A stretch of 64,000 bases of DNA from Gemmatimonadota bacterium (GTDB lineage Bacteria; Latescibacterota; UBA2968; UBA8231): contig JAYOYH010000012.1 of assembly GCA_038153405.1 (NCBI GenBank), positions 45,496 to 109,495 of the forward strand. Reading direction: 5' to 3'. This document shows, piece after piece, positions 20,544 to 30,351 of this stretch (positions are counted from its first letter, which is position 1; each line of letters opens with the position of its first letter). The notes beneath the pieces are model-generated. The model made no database searches. It saw nothing but the letters and a program-made list of their open reading frames with translations, and was not told where the DNA came from. Position numbers and translations under genes: made by a program.

Positions 20544-22454
20544 CTACCCATTGTCGTTAAACGCTTGCTCCAACGCGCTTTCCAATAGCGCCTGAGCTGC
20601 AGCCGCGCTGAAGTCGGACGGTGCAAAGCGCAGTATGGCGCGTAGGGCCTCATCGCGATTTCCCGCCGCGTAGAGCGACATCGCCCACTGCATATACGCA
20701 TAGCGCATTTGCTCTCCGTCTTGTGCACCCTCTTCCAGTGCATCAACGGCCCGCCCATAGGCGCGCACGGCTAGGCCAAAGACGCGACTGGTAAAGTAGA
20801 TATCGCCCAGGGCCACGTTCCGTTCAAAGAGGTTAGGGCGCAGGCGGGTGCGCGGCTCTAAGCGCGCGCGCGAACGGGCTATGTCCTCTTTCGAGACCGC
20901 TCGGTAGGTTTCCCGACTCAGCCACTGATCCCACGCGCCGCGGTGATAATCCCATATGGCGCGCCAGCGCGCGCCCGATAGGAGCGGGCCGCTCGTTATC
21001 AGACGCAGTCCATCGTAGTAGCGACCCAACTGGCGATCGGCCAGCACATTTTCTCCATAGATCAGCGTCTCGAGATAGCCTTCGGGCATGATCCGCTCAA
21101 AGTGGCCCGGGCTCCACTCGGCATCTTCAAAGGCGGGCAAACGCGCCAGCAGCGCCGTGCCGATGCCGAGCACATCGGCGTGATACAGTTTGGGGCCTGC
21201 ATAGTATGGCAAGATGCCAATGTTGTAATACGTCGTAACGACCAATTCCTGGCGCTGGGCGGCCGCTCTTAATTGCCGGCCAAAATCGACCCAATGATGG
21301 CGCGGAAACTCAACACCCTCGTCTGCCGACAGCGCTTTGAGCAATCCCGTCGCCGCGTGGTAATTGGCGCGTTCGTCCAAAATTCCGTGCCCCGCTTCTA
21401 CGCCATGCTCCTCGTAGTCGACGCCGCTGAGCGGAGGCGGCGCTGACCCCATCAAGCCAACGGCCAGCACGGCGCCCAGCGCCGCAAGGCCGGTGCGCGC
21501 ATCGCGCAGCGCTACAGCATATACCAGCGCACACACGGCCCCCAAAAATGGCAGCGCGATAAAGCGCCCCGTCATATAGTCGCCGCCAATGCGGACGACG
21601 TAGACCAGATAGAGCGCGCAGCCCAGTACGATCACTCCCTCTCGAGCCAAGCGCCGATAGGCACACCATGCACTGGCCAAAGCCAGCGCGCCCAGTGCCA
21701 GGGGATCGACGCGCAGTGAGTTTTGCAAATAGCGCAATCCCTGCACCACCAACTCTCCAGAATCCACACCCGTATTGAGCTTGGCATAGGCCGTGTTGGG
21801 AACAAAAAAACCGTAGTACGCGAGCGAGAATATCTCCCACCCTAAAAAGAGCGGCAACCCGCACGACAGCAGGTACAGGGCGCGCGCGCTGCGCTCCTGC
21901 CATATGCAGTAGAGAAGAGCGGGGCCGTAGACGATCAGCACATCCATGCGCGTCAGCGCCGCCAACGAGGTCAATACGCCGAGCAGGACGAGTCGACGCG
22001 GTCCGTTCTCAGCGCGCAAAAAAACGGCGACGAAGAGAGCCAGCAATAGGTGCGACAGCGGATTTTCTAAACCGGATGTCGAATAGTCGACAAAGGCCTT
22101 ACACAGGCACAGTAGAGCCACGCCCAAGGCCGCATGCCACACGCTCGGTGCCAGCACGACCACGACGAGCGCAGCTACCCCTAGAGAGCACAGCCAGGAA
22201 ACACCAATGCTGGTGTAAAACACCTCACCGCTCAGCCAGTGCGCCAATGCCATAAAACCAAACCACAGCGGATGGGTGTAGGTCTGCACGCGCTCGCCGA
22301 CGTTCCACACCGCACCGTAGCCGTTGAGTAAATTATCTACCGTGCGAAAGGTGATAAAGGCATCTTCGTGCAGCCAGGCGTTTTGCAAAACGACAAGCGC
22401 ATAAACTCCTAACGCAACCGCTTGCAGTGCGCGATGAGCAGGGGTTGTGAGCAT
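20544..22454 (-). CDS. GT-C fold membrane glycosyltransferase, AftB-like, with C-terminal TPR-like helices
   Basis: EDAFITFRTVDNLLNGYGAVWNVGERV..YTHPLW, TSGLENPL, PNTAYAK and GGDYMTGRF motifs resemble AftB; ATG 22454 (ORF track extension to 22685 overlaps the divergent sulfatase). Confidence 0.72.
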   Translation of the reverse strand: MLTTPAHRALQAVALGVYALVVLQNAWLHEDAFITFRTVDNLLNGYGAVWNVGERVQTYTHPLWFGFMALAHWLSGEVFYTSIGVSWLCSLGVAALVVVVLAPSVWHAALGVALLCLCKAFVDYSTSGLENPLSHLLLALFVAVFLRAENGPRRLVLLGVLTSLAALTRMDVLIVYGPALLYCIWQERSARALYLLSCGLPLFLGWEIFSLAYYGFFVPNTAYAKLNTGVDSGELVVQGLRYLQNSLRVDPLALGALALASAWCAYRRLAREGVIVLGCALYLVYVVRIGGDYMTGRFIALPFLGAVCALVYAVALRDARTGLAALGAVLAVGLMGSAPPPLSGVDYEEHGVEAGHGILDERANYHAATGLLKALSADEGVEFPRHHWVDFGRQLRAAAQRQELVVTTYYNIGILPYYAGPKLYHADVLGIGTALLARLPAFEDAEWSPGHFERIMPEGYLETLIYGENVLADRQLGRYYDGLRLITSGPLLSGARWRAIWDYHRGAWDQWLSRETYRAVSKEDIARSRARLEPRTRLRPNLFERNVALGDIYFTSRVFGLAVRAYGRAVDALEEGAQDGEQMRYAYMQWAMSLYAAGNRDEALRAILRFAPSDFSAAAAQALLESALEQAFNDNG

Positions 22455-22589
22455 CAAACCTTCAACTATTTTTGTTGTCAATGGGCGAATTGAATGTAGA
22501 AGGCTGCCCGTTGTCGAGCAAACGCACTGCGCCGATCGGGCGACGCCCTCTCCAATGTAAATCCATCCTGATGGCATTCGAGGTATACC

Positions 22590-23960
22590 ATGACGCGGCA
22601 ACCTAATCTCATCGTCGTCCTGTCTGACCAACTGCGCCGACACGCCTTGGCGTGCTACGGCGACCCGGACGCGCGCACACCGCATACGACACAGCTAGCG
22701 GCCGACGGCGTGCGCTTTGCCAACGCCTGCTCGACCTACCCGATTTGCGTTCCCTTTCGCTTTACCATGATGACCGGCGAGTACGCACACACGCGCTGGG
22801 TGCCCGGCATAGAGTACCGCATGTCACCGCGCGAGCGCACGCTGGCCGACGAGTTTAACGAAGCGGGCTACCAAACGATCTACGTCGGCAAGTGGCACCT
22901 CGACGGCGGACACGGTCGCATGGGATCGGCCGTGCAAACCAACCGAACGCCCGTGCCGCGCACACATCAGGGACGCTGGAAAACATGGTTTGGCTTTGAG
23001 CTGCGCAACGGACCTTTTGACACCTGCTATTTTGCCAACGAAGACCCCACGCCCATTGCGATAGCGGACTACCAGACCGACGGTCTATTCGATATCGGCA
23101 TGCGCCACCTCAGAGAGCGGAGCAATCCGCACGAACCGTTTTGCATGGTTATCTCCGTCGAACCGCCGCACGATCCGTTTGAAGCGCCGGCGGCACTACA
23201 AGAGGCGTGGGCGAAACGCGATATCGCTCTACCGCCCAATTTTGCCCCCGACGACGATGCCCAGCGCGCGCGCTTTATCGGCGAGCGCAAACGCTACAAC
23301 GCCATGATTGAAAACCTCGACCAAAACGTGGGGAAATTGCGCGCCTTCCTGTGCCAAGAACGGCTGGCCGATGAGACGATCATCGTCTTTCTCTCCGACC
23401 ACGGAGAGTTGGGCGGCGCCCATGGTCTAGGGCGCAAACAGTGGCCCTATGAAGAATCGGTCGGCATACCGCTCATCGTCTTTGATCCGCGCTCGCCTTC
23501 CCGCGCTGGCAGCGTCATCTCAGCGCCCACCTGCACAGAAGACCTCTTTCCAACTTTTCTGGGATTATGCGGCTTGACGGCCAGTAACTCGTTACCCGGC
23601 ACCGACCTCACATCGCTCATATCCGGCCAGGCTGCGTCGCTGGACAGAGAGGGCGTTATGCTGCAGTTCGTCGCCGAACTGCGCCACAGCCAGATTTTTC
23701 ACGACGCCGTCTGGCGCGCCTTTCGCAGCGAGCGATTTAAATACGTGGTGCGCGGCGATAAAAACGCATCGCAGCCGTGGATGCTCTTTGATTTGCACAG
23801 CGATCCCTACGAAATCCACAACCTGGTGGCCGACCCGGCCTGGGATGCGCACAAAGCGCACCTGCACCAACAACTCCGCCTGCGCATGGCCGAAACGACC
23901 GATCCCTTCGTACTATCACCCGCTTGGAACGCCCCCGGTCTTAACCAATGGCATGCGTGA
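22590..23960 (+). CDS. Formylglycine-dependent sulfatase (S1, Cys-type)
   Basis: PNLIVVLSDQ, CVPFR (CxPxR) + MTG, GKWH, PPHDP, SDHG, DPYE motifs; no signal peptide. Confidence 0.93.
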   Translation: MTRQPNLIVVLSDQLRRHALACYGDPDARTPHTTQLAADGVRFANACSTYPICVPFRFTMMTGEYAHTRWVPGIEYRMSPRERTLADEFNEAGYQTIYVGKWHLDGGHGRMGSAVQTNRTPVPRTHQGRWKTWFGFELRNGPFDTCYFANEDPTPIAIADYQTDGLFDIGMRHLRERSNPHEPFCMVISVEPPHDPFEAPAALQEAWAKRDIALPPNFAPDDDAQRARFIGERKRYNAMIENLDQNVGKLRAFLCQERLADETIIVFLSDHGELGGAHGLGRKQWPYEESVGIPLIVFDPRSPSRAGSVISAPTCTEDLFPTFLGLCGLTASNSLPGTDLTSLISGQAASLDREGVMLQFVAELRHSQIFHDAVWRAFRSERFKYVVRGDKNASQPWMLFDLHSDPYEIHNLVADPAWDAHKAHLHQQLRLRMAETTDPFVLSPAWNAPGLNQWHA

Positions 23961-23965
23961 GGGAG

Positions 23966-25795
23966 CTATTCGTTGCGCACGCGCTGCCAAAGGTCTGGGG
24001 CCGCGTGCTGTGCCGCGCGCAACAATTGCGCGCCTTCGCCCTCTCTGCCTGTAAGTTTGAGTAGCACTCCCAAGTTGTATAGAGCAGCAAAATAGGTGCT
24101 GTCTTCCCGTATCGCAGTCCTGTAGTACTTTTCCGCTTCGTCTAGCCTGTCCATCTGATTATGTAAAAAGCCTAACTCGTAATAAGCAACGGAACGCTCA
24201 CCGCCCAGTTTCAACGCATCCAATAGCACGCGCTCAGCTATTTCGCTCTGCCCCGCCAAACGCAGCGCCTGGCCCCACCGTATGTGGTGGGTCATATCCC
24301 ACGGATCTAACTCGACTGTTTGTCGACATGCTTCAACAGCTTCTTTTGCGTATTGCCCTTGTATCAGCACTTCACAGAGCCCAGCATTCGTCTCTATATC
24401 TCGAGCGTCAAGGCGTATTGCCGAACGGAAATAGGACACAGCCGAATCGGCTTCGTCACACATATTGAAAGCCCTAGCCAAGTTTTTCTGTGGTAATACC
24501 CATTCGGGGGAAAGCTCTATAGCACGACGAAAATGCATCGTTACCTGTTCGCAACTTGTTGAAAGCCTAGCGATGTTGTTATAGATACGCGGATTGTCGG
24601 GAGCTACGGCCAGCGTCGCCTGCCAAATGGACAGTTCGCTTGAATACTCGGCGTTGCGTTTTACCGTCAGGCCTGAAAACCCCGCAACGACCACCGACAA
24701 TACCACATTGCGAATGGAAACACTCCACCCCTTACTGTGCCACAGCGCATGAATACCCGACACAACGAGCGCAATGAGCGGTATAAGCGGCAGATACATG
24801 CGCCGCTCGGCGCCCACCTCCGTCACAATAGGTACAATGCTCGACGTGGGCGATAGCAATATAAAAAATCCCACGGCAGCAAAACCCACGCGCGGTTGTC
24901 GGTACAGCGCCGCGCCGCTCATTGCCAATAGCAGCGCGATCGACAGCAACTGCGGCCATACTTCGACCACCGTCACTGTGCCGGCAAAACCATAGTCGAA
25001 CAGCAGTGGATGCGGCCAGAACGCACTGCGCAAATAGTCGACTAAAATATCGGATTGGATGAGCGCATAGGTGAACGGAGAGATCTGCAGTCCCCAGCCG
25101 GCGGTATCGCCGCGCGGACCTTCTGCCACCAATACAGCCAACAGCAACCAGCTGGCCATGAACCCTGCATAGATGCGCCGCCGTTGCCTCCAAGCCGCGC
25201 GCCAGCTATCGAATAGATATACTCTGTCGTAGAGGGCGATCAGCACGGGGGCCGTTACCATCGACTCCTTACAGGCCATGCCAGCCGCACACGATACCAC
25301 AGATGCACACTCCCATACCCAACAGTTGCGACCGCGCGCCGCGCGCTGGGCGGCATACAACGCAGCTAAATAACACAGCGCCATGAGCTGCTCGCTGCGC
25401 TGAGATATGTAGTTAATGCATTCGGAATTAAGCGGATGAATCAGCCAGACCAGCGCAACGACAAGCGCTTTCCCATCCGACAATACGGGGCGCAATACCG
25501 CCCAACAGAGCCATGAACACAAGATGTGCAGCGCAAGGTTAACCACTCGGAAGTGGGCAACATCGTAACCGCTCAGGGCATAGCTGATCGCAAAGCTCAG
25601 CCGCACCAATGGACGCCCATCTGTTGGGAGGCCTCGAGTTTCGGCATTGGCGGGTAAGAGCTGGCGAATCGACTCGTTTTTCAGTATGCCAACATGGTCG
25701 TCAAAGACAAAGGGGTTACTCAGGCTATTGGCGTATAGAGCACACCCGACGACCAAGAGCAGCCACAGAGGACGCGTTCTCTCGTACAACGCCAT
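23966..25795 (-). CDS. TMTC-like GT-C protein glycosyltransferase with C-terminal TPRs
   Basis: FVFDD, RPL, HPLNSECINYISQRSE, CKE, AERRMYLP motifs, multiple TM helices, then TPR repeats. Confidence 0.8.
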   Translation of the reverse strand: MALYERTRPLWLLLVVGCALYANSLSNPFVFDDHVGILKNESIRQLLPANAETRGLPTDGRPLVRLSFAISYALSGYDVAHFRVVNLALHILCSWLCWAVLRPVLSDGKALVVALVWLIHPLNSECINYISQRSEQLMALCYLAALYAAQRAARGRNCWVWECASVVSCAAGMACKESMVTAPVLIALYDRVYLFDSWRAAWRQRRRIYAGFMASWLLLAVLVAEGPRGDTAGWGLQISPFTYALIQSDILVDYLRSAFWPHPLLFDYGFAGTVTVVEVWPQLLSIALLLAMSGAALYRQPRVGFAAVGFFILLSPTSSIVPIVTEVGAERRMYLPLIPLIALVVSGIHALWHSKGWSVSIRNVVLSVVVAGFSGLTVKRNAEYSSELSIWQATLAVAPDNPRIYNNIARLSTSCEQVTMHFRRAIELSPEWVLPQKNLARAFNMCDEADSAVSYFRSAIRLDARDIETNAGLCEVLIQGQYAKEAVEACRQTVELDPWDMTHHIRWGQALRLAGQSEIAERVLLDALKLGGERSVAYYELGFLHNQMDRLDEAEKYYRTAIREDSTYFAALYNLGVLLKLTGREGEGAQLLRAAQHAAPDLWQRVRNE

Positions 25796-25801
25796 GCGCG
25801 C

Positions 25802-26968
25802 CTATGCACCCTCGCCCGGCACCAAAAACATTTCGCGCCGGTAGGGAAGGAACGCTCCCTGCTGACAGTAGAGCGCGTGATAGCGAGCTACTTTTTCTTC
25901 GTCCACTTCGACGCCTAAACCAACTCCCTGCGGCACGCCCCAGTGCGGGCCATCGGCGATGGGTAAGCGCTCGCGCACAATGTCGTCTTCCATCATGGCG
26001 GCCACCTGCTGATTGCCATCGACTACGTTTGGCAAGGTCAGGCAGACGTGGTGCGACGCGGCGGCCATAAGACCCAATTCGCCGTGCGTATGGCGACACA
26101 CCTTCAGACTCTGGCCGTGTGCTTGCCAACTCAAGCGGTGAAATTGACCCAGCGTGCCCACCCAATTGCTGCTGAAGCACAGCACGTCGGCCGCGCGCCG
26201 CCCAATGACTTCGCGCACGTCGCATACGCGCCACAGCCCCTCGTTGGCGCAGAGCGCAACCGGCGTCTGCCGACGCACTTCGACCATATTGTCAACCGGA
26301 TCTGGCCATACTGGCTGTTCGGCGAAATCGATGCGATAGGCGTCAAATGCATTCAGGTTGCGGATTGCCTCGTTCACGCTCCAGGCGCCGTTGGCATCAA
26401 TGCGGATTTTACGCTGCGGCCCAATTGCCGAACGCAGCGCAGCAACCGCTGCCAATTCGCGCTCTAAGTCAATGCCTACCTTCAGGTAGAACACGCCGTA
26501 CCCCCGTTCGACGCCCTCCACCGCCTGCGCGGCCACCGCGTCGGGGTCGCCGTAGGACAGATAGTAGAAGTAGTCGACGGAATCGCGCTGTAGACCGCCG
26601 AACAAGTTGTAGAGCGGCTGACCAGCGGCTTTGCCGCACAAATCCCAGAGCGCCATATCGAGTCCTGCAAAGGCAAAATTGCCGCTCATCTCGCGGTGGT
26701 ACCAATGTGCCGTCATAAAAAAGTCCCGCGCTATCGCCTCGCGCTGCCACGGGTCGCGACCGACAAAGAGCGGGGCAACCGAATCGAGCGCCGCACAAAT
26801 GCTCTCGACGTTGGGCCCAGGGCAGCTTTCACCCCAGCCGACCAAACCGCAGTCCGTGCTGACTTTGACCAACACGGCCGTAACTCCATCGCGGCGTACG
26901 CGCGACGACGTCTCGCGATGCTTATAGGGCACGCTGACCATCGTGTTCTCAATCGACGTAATCTTCAT
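25802..26968 (-). CDS. Mandelate racemase/muconate-lactonising enzyme family protein
   Basis: TDCGLVGWGE, DMALWDLCGKAAGQPLYNLFGG, LK, DANG, EQP, NE, GLGVEVD. Confidence 0.92.
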   Translation of the reverse strand: MKITSIENTMVSVPYKHRETSSRVRRDGVTAVLVKVSTDCGLVGWGESCPGPNVESICAALDSVAPLFVGRDPWQREAIARDFFMTAHWYHREMSGNFAFAGLDMALWDLCGKAAGQPLYNLFGGLQRDSVDYFYYLSYGDPDAVAAQAVEGVERGYGVFYLKVGIDLERELAAVAALRSAIGPQRKIRIDANGAWSVNEAIRNLNAFDAYRIDFAEQPVWPDPVDNMVEVRRQTPVALCANEGLWRVCDVREVIGRRAADVLCFSSNWVGTLGQFHRLSWQAHGQSLKVCRHTHGELGLMAAASHHVCLTLPNVVDGNQQVAAMMEDDIVRERLPIADGPHWGVPQGVGLGVEVDEEKVARYHALYCQQGAFLPYRREMFLVPGEGA

Positions 26969-27009
26969 GAAGACACCTTAACAAGTCGAAGAAGACTGGC
27001 GAACCGGCA

Positions 27010-28794
27010 TTACGTCTGCGCAGGTTGCAGACCCAGCAGCACGAGCAGCCAGGTGCGATGCCAGTAGGCGCTGTTGATGTAGGGATTGTTCTGCGACGGC
27101 CAGTTCGTCCAATAGGTTTCGTTGTGCGGAATGCGGTGATACCACTGCAGTATGGGCACGGAGGGCTGCTCCGCTAGCCAGATATCCATGGCTTGGCGAA
27201 AGAGTCCGACCAGCTGCGGGTCGTCGGGAGAAGTCTGTCCCATTTGGTCGACTAACCGATCAAAATCCTCGTTAGACCAGCGCCAAAAGTGCTCGGCGGG
27301 CTGGCCCGTCGGCTTGACAAAACGGCTGTGGTAGAGGCGGAGCGTAAAGTAGGGGTCGCGCACCGAACCAGCGTGACCCTGTATATAGGCGCGCGCTTCA
27401 CCTTGCGACATCTGGTCGTAGACGTCGGATAGCATGCGAAACGACGCGTCGAAACCTGCTTTTTGCAGCTGCGCAACGAGCACCTGGCCGATATCGTTGA
27501 ACGCGCCAAAAATATTGATCGCCATGCGCACCGTTTGCCCATCATTTTCCCACAGACCCTCTTCGTTTCGAACCCAACCACTCTGTTGCATCAGCGCCGC
27601 GCTCTTGTCTAGGTCATACACTCCCGCACCGTATTTCTCCAGTAGGTCAGCGATGGAGTCCGTGTAGCGGCGCAGCGGTGGAAAGTCGGGAAAGGGCAGG
27701 TTCGCCGTCGAACCACTGCCCTGCCAAGCAACTTCGACTAGCTGTTCGCGGTCGATGGCAAAGCTGATGGCACGGCGCACAACGGAATCGGAAAAAGGCC
27801 ACTCCTGCGCATTAAAGCCCAGGGCAATGGGCCACCAGTCGAGATAGCCAAAAGGCGGCTGCCGCCCGGTCCACGTCGTCAAATTGGGATTGCCCTCGAC
27901 CATGGCGCGAACGTTAGGTGGCCGCGAATCGACGCAGGTATCCAGCGCGTTGGCCAACAGCAGCTGCACGCGCTTGGCCTCTTCTACGTAGGGTAAAAAA
28001 ATCAGCCGTTCGACTTTCGGCAGTGCGCGAAAGCCCATTTCGGCAGCCCACCAGTCTGCGCGCACATCCCATACGCGCTGTTCGGTGCTCGACAACACCA
28101 ACTCATAGGGTCCGCTGACGACGGGCCAGCCCTGGGTCATGTCGAAATTGGCGAATTCTTCGACGTTGCGCCCAGCCCAGATATGCTTGGGCACAATGGG
28201 CACACCGTTGTCGAAATTGTGGGTGAAATAAGAAAAAATAAAGCGCGGATTGGCTGCTGTCAGTGTGATGTGCGCCGTGTGGTCATCGACGGCCACGGCC
28301 TCTTTGACCCACGTTTCCATATCCGTTGAATAGAGCAGTATTGGCGCATGATCCTTCAGCATGTTGATGGTGAAGACCAGATCGTGCGCCGTCCACGGGT
28401 GCCCGTCGCTCCAGCGCACACCGTCGCGAATGTGCACGGTCACTTCGGTATAGGCGTCGTTGAATTCGTGCCCTGTCGCTATCCAGGGAATGATATTATC
28501 ACCGCTCTCGGCGTAGGCATTGTAGAAGTAGAGCGGCTCGTAGAGGAACTGATAACCCGTGCGCGACACGCGTCCCGGTATATAGGGATTGAAGGTATCG
28601 TAGTCCTTCATCTGACCCGCACACGTCCCCGGGTCGACGCAGTCTAGAATCAGCGTGCGATTGCGCGGCACCTGCGCCAAATTGCCGCCCTGCGCAGCGC
28701 CATCGGCCCGATTGCCCATCTGCGTCTGCTCACTGCTCCCGCAGGCCATCAGCACGGCGATGCAGGCAATCCGCATCCACTCATATGGCTTCAT
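27010..28794 (-). CDS. ABC transporter substrate-binding lipoprotein, family 5 (paralog 2)
   Basis: Lipobox LMAC; same motifs as paralog 1; ATG 28794 behind GAGG (ORF track starts at 28851). Confidence 0.92.
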   Translation of the reverse strand: MKPYEWMRIACIAVLMACGSSEQTQMGNRADGAAQGGNLAQVPRNRTLILDCVDPGTCAGQMKDYDTFNPYIPGRVSRTGYQFLYEPLYFYNAYAESGDNIIPWIATGHEFNDAYTEVTVHIRDGVRWSDGHPWTAHDLVFTINMLKDHAPILLYSTDMETWVKEAVAVDDHTAHITLTAANPRFIFSYFTHNFDNGVPIVPKHIWAGRNVEEFANFDMTQGWPVVSGPYELVLSSTEQRVWDVRADWWAAEMGFRALPKVERLIFLPYVEEAKRVQLLLANALDTCVDSRPPNVRAMVEGNPNLTTWTGRQPPFGYLDWWPIALGFNAQEWPFSDSVVRRAISFAIDREQLVEVAWQGSGSTANLPFPDFPPLRRYTDSIADLLEKYGAGVYDLDKSAALMQQSGWVRNEEGLWENDGQTVRMAINIFGAFNDIGQVLVAQLQKAGFDASFRMLSDVYDQMSQGEARAYIQGHAGSVRDPYFTLRLYHSRFVKPTGQPAEHFWRWSNEDFDRLVDQMGQTSPDDPQLVGLFRQAMDIWLAEQPSVPILQWYHRIPHNETYWTNWPSQNNPYINSAYWHRTWLLVLLGLQPAQT

Positions 28795-28880
28795 TGGAAC
28801 CTCTTCTCCAAAAAAACAGAGACGCCCACGGTGCCACACTGCGATGTGCACGGCGCGCTCTGTGTCATAGCGAAAATTAT

Positions 28881-30185
28881 CTATCGCGATCTGCGCTCGA
28901 TGTGTGCTCCCAGCGCGCGCAGACTCTCGTCTATTTGCTCGTAGCCGCGGTCCAATTCCTCAATGCCGCGTATGACCGAACGCCCATTGGCCAAAATGGC
29001 TGCTATCAGGTAGGTAAACCCGGCGCGCAGGTCGGGAATGGCAATTTCCGAGCCCACCAGCGTGGCGGGCCCGCGAATGACCGCGCTGTGCCGATGACCG
29101 CTAGCGGCAAAGCGACAGGTGTGGCCGCCAAGGCAGGTGTCGTACACTTCGATATCGGCGCCCATCTTCTGCAATTCGCGCACGTAGACAAAGCGATCTT
29201 CAAATACGGTCTCGTGCACCACGCTCATGCCATCGGCCTGCGTTAATAGGAGCGCAAACGGCGGCTGCCAATCCGTCATAAAACCCGGGTGCACCGTCGT
29301 CTCTACGGCGATTGAGCGCAGCGGCCCGTCGCAAAAAAACCGAATGCCATCGCTCTGCACTTCAAAACCGCCGCCGACGCGACGCAGCGCATTCAGAAAC
29401 GTCAGCATATCACCCTGGCGCGCACCGCGCACGAATAGATCGCCGCCCGAGGCCACCGCCGCCGCCCCCAGCGAGGCGGCCACCAATCGGTCCGGCATAA
29501 TCTCATGCGCGGCACCGCCCAGCGAGGAAACGCCTTCCACAACAAAGGTGCGGTCGGTCTGGTAATCGATAATGGCGCCCATTTTCTGTAGGAACAGCGC
29601 TAGGTCGACGACCTCCGGCTCAATAGCCGCATTGCGAATAAAGGTGCGCCCCTTGGCCAAGGTGGCCGCCATCAGCAGGTTTTCCGTCGCCGTCACGCTC
29701 GGATACGGCAGCGCGATATCGGCCCCCTGCAGCCCATCGCTCTCCAAGTAGTAGACGTCGTCGAGCGTTTCCACCCGCGCGCCCATGCGCCGATAGCCCT
29801 CTAGGTGAAAGTCCACTGGGCGCGGACCAATGCGATCGCCGCCGGCCGCCGGCACCACGGCGCGACCGTGCCGGTGCAAGAGCGGCGCCAGCATCATTAC
29901 CGAGAGGCGATTTTTCACCGCCAGCGCTTCGGGCACGGCGGCCACGGCAATATGTGGGGTTTGCACATCGAGGCGTTTACCCACACTCGTCTGGCAGTGC
30001 GCCCCCAGCGCTTGGCAAATCCGCTTGGTTATTTCCGTATCGCCGATGGTTGGCACATTGAAAAAGCTGCACTGCTCGGCCGTCAGCATGCTCGCCGTCA
30101 GCAGCTTGCTGACCGAGTTCTTTGCCCCGGCCACGGTGATTTCACCGAGCAGCGGCGTGGGTCCTTCTACGATCAGTTCTTCCAT
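28881..30185 (-). CDS. murA: UDP-N-acetylglucosamine 1-carboxyvinyltransferase, Asp-type active-site loop
   Basis: GAKNS, GGDRIGPRPVDFH, SVTATEN, AAIEPEV, PDRL, PGFMTD, ETVFEDR, DLRAG, LDRGYE. Confidence 0.95.
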   Translation of the reverse strand: MEELIVEGPTPLLGEITVAGAKNSVSKLLTASMLTAEQCSFFNVPTIGDTEITKRICQALGAHCQTSVGKRLDVQTPHIAVAAVPEALAVKNRLSVMMLAPLLHRHGRAVVPAAGGDRIGPRPVDFHLEGYRRMGARVETLDDVYYLESDGLQGADIALPYPSVTATENLLMAATLAKGRTFIRNAAIEPEVVDLALFLQKMGAIIDYQTDRTFVVEGVSSLGGAAHEIMPDRLVAASLGAAAVASGGDLFVRGARQGDMLTFLNALRRVGGGFEVQSDGIRFFCDGPLRSIAVETTVHPGFMTDWQPPFALLLTQADGMSVVHETVFEDRFVYVRELQKMGADIEVYDTCLGGHTCRFAASGHRHSAVIRGPATLVGSEIAIPDLRAGFTYLIAAILANGRSVIRGIEELDRGYEQIDESLRALGAHIERRSR

Positions 30186-30287
30186 AGCTCACCCATGCGG
30201 CAATAGCGTTCGATACACGGCGATAGCGCGCGGTTACGCCAATATAGGTTGCTCTGCAGCACCCGAGCAATCGATCGCGCACAGAAA

Positions 30288-30316
30288 GAGCGGAGCACCC
30301 ATCGGGCACTCCGCTC
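30288..30316 (-). terminator. Stem-loop downstream of binding-protein paralog 3 (terminator or mRNA-stabilising hairpin)
   Basis: gagcggag...ctccgctc inverted repeat 36-64 nt past the stop, followed by tttct on the minus strand. Confidence 0.45.
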
Positions 30317-30351
30317 CACCTCCCACCACCGCTTCGCAACGCTGCGCGTGG

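Noticed and set aside
22455..22685. N-terminal extension of the AftB-like ORF in the track
   Set aside because: Overlaps the divergent sulfatase start and promoter region; ATG 22454 has an RBS-like GAAGG and precedes the first TM helix
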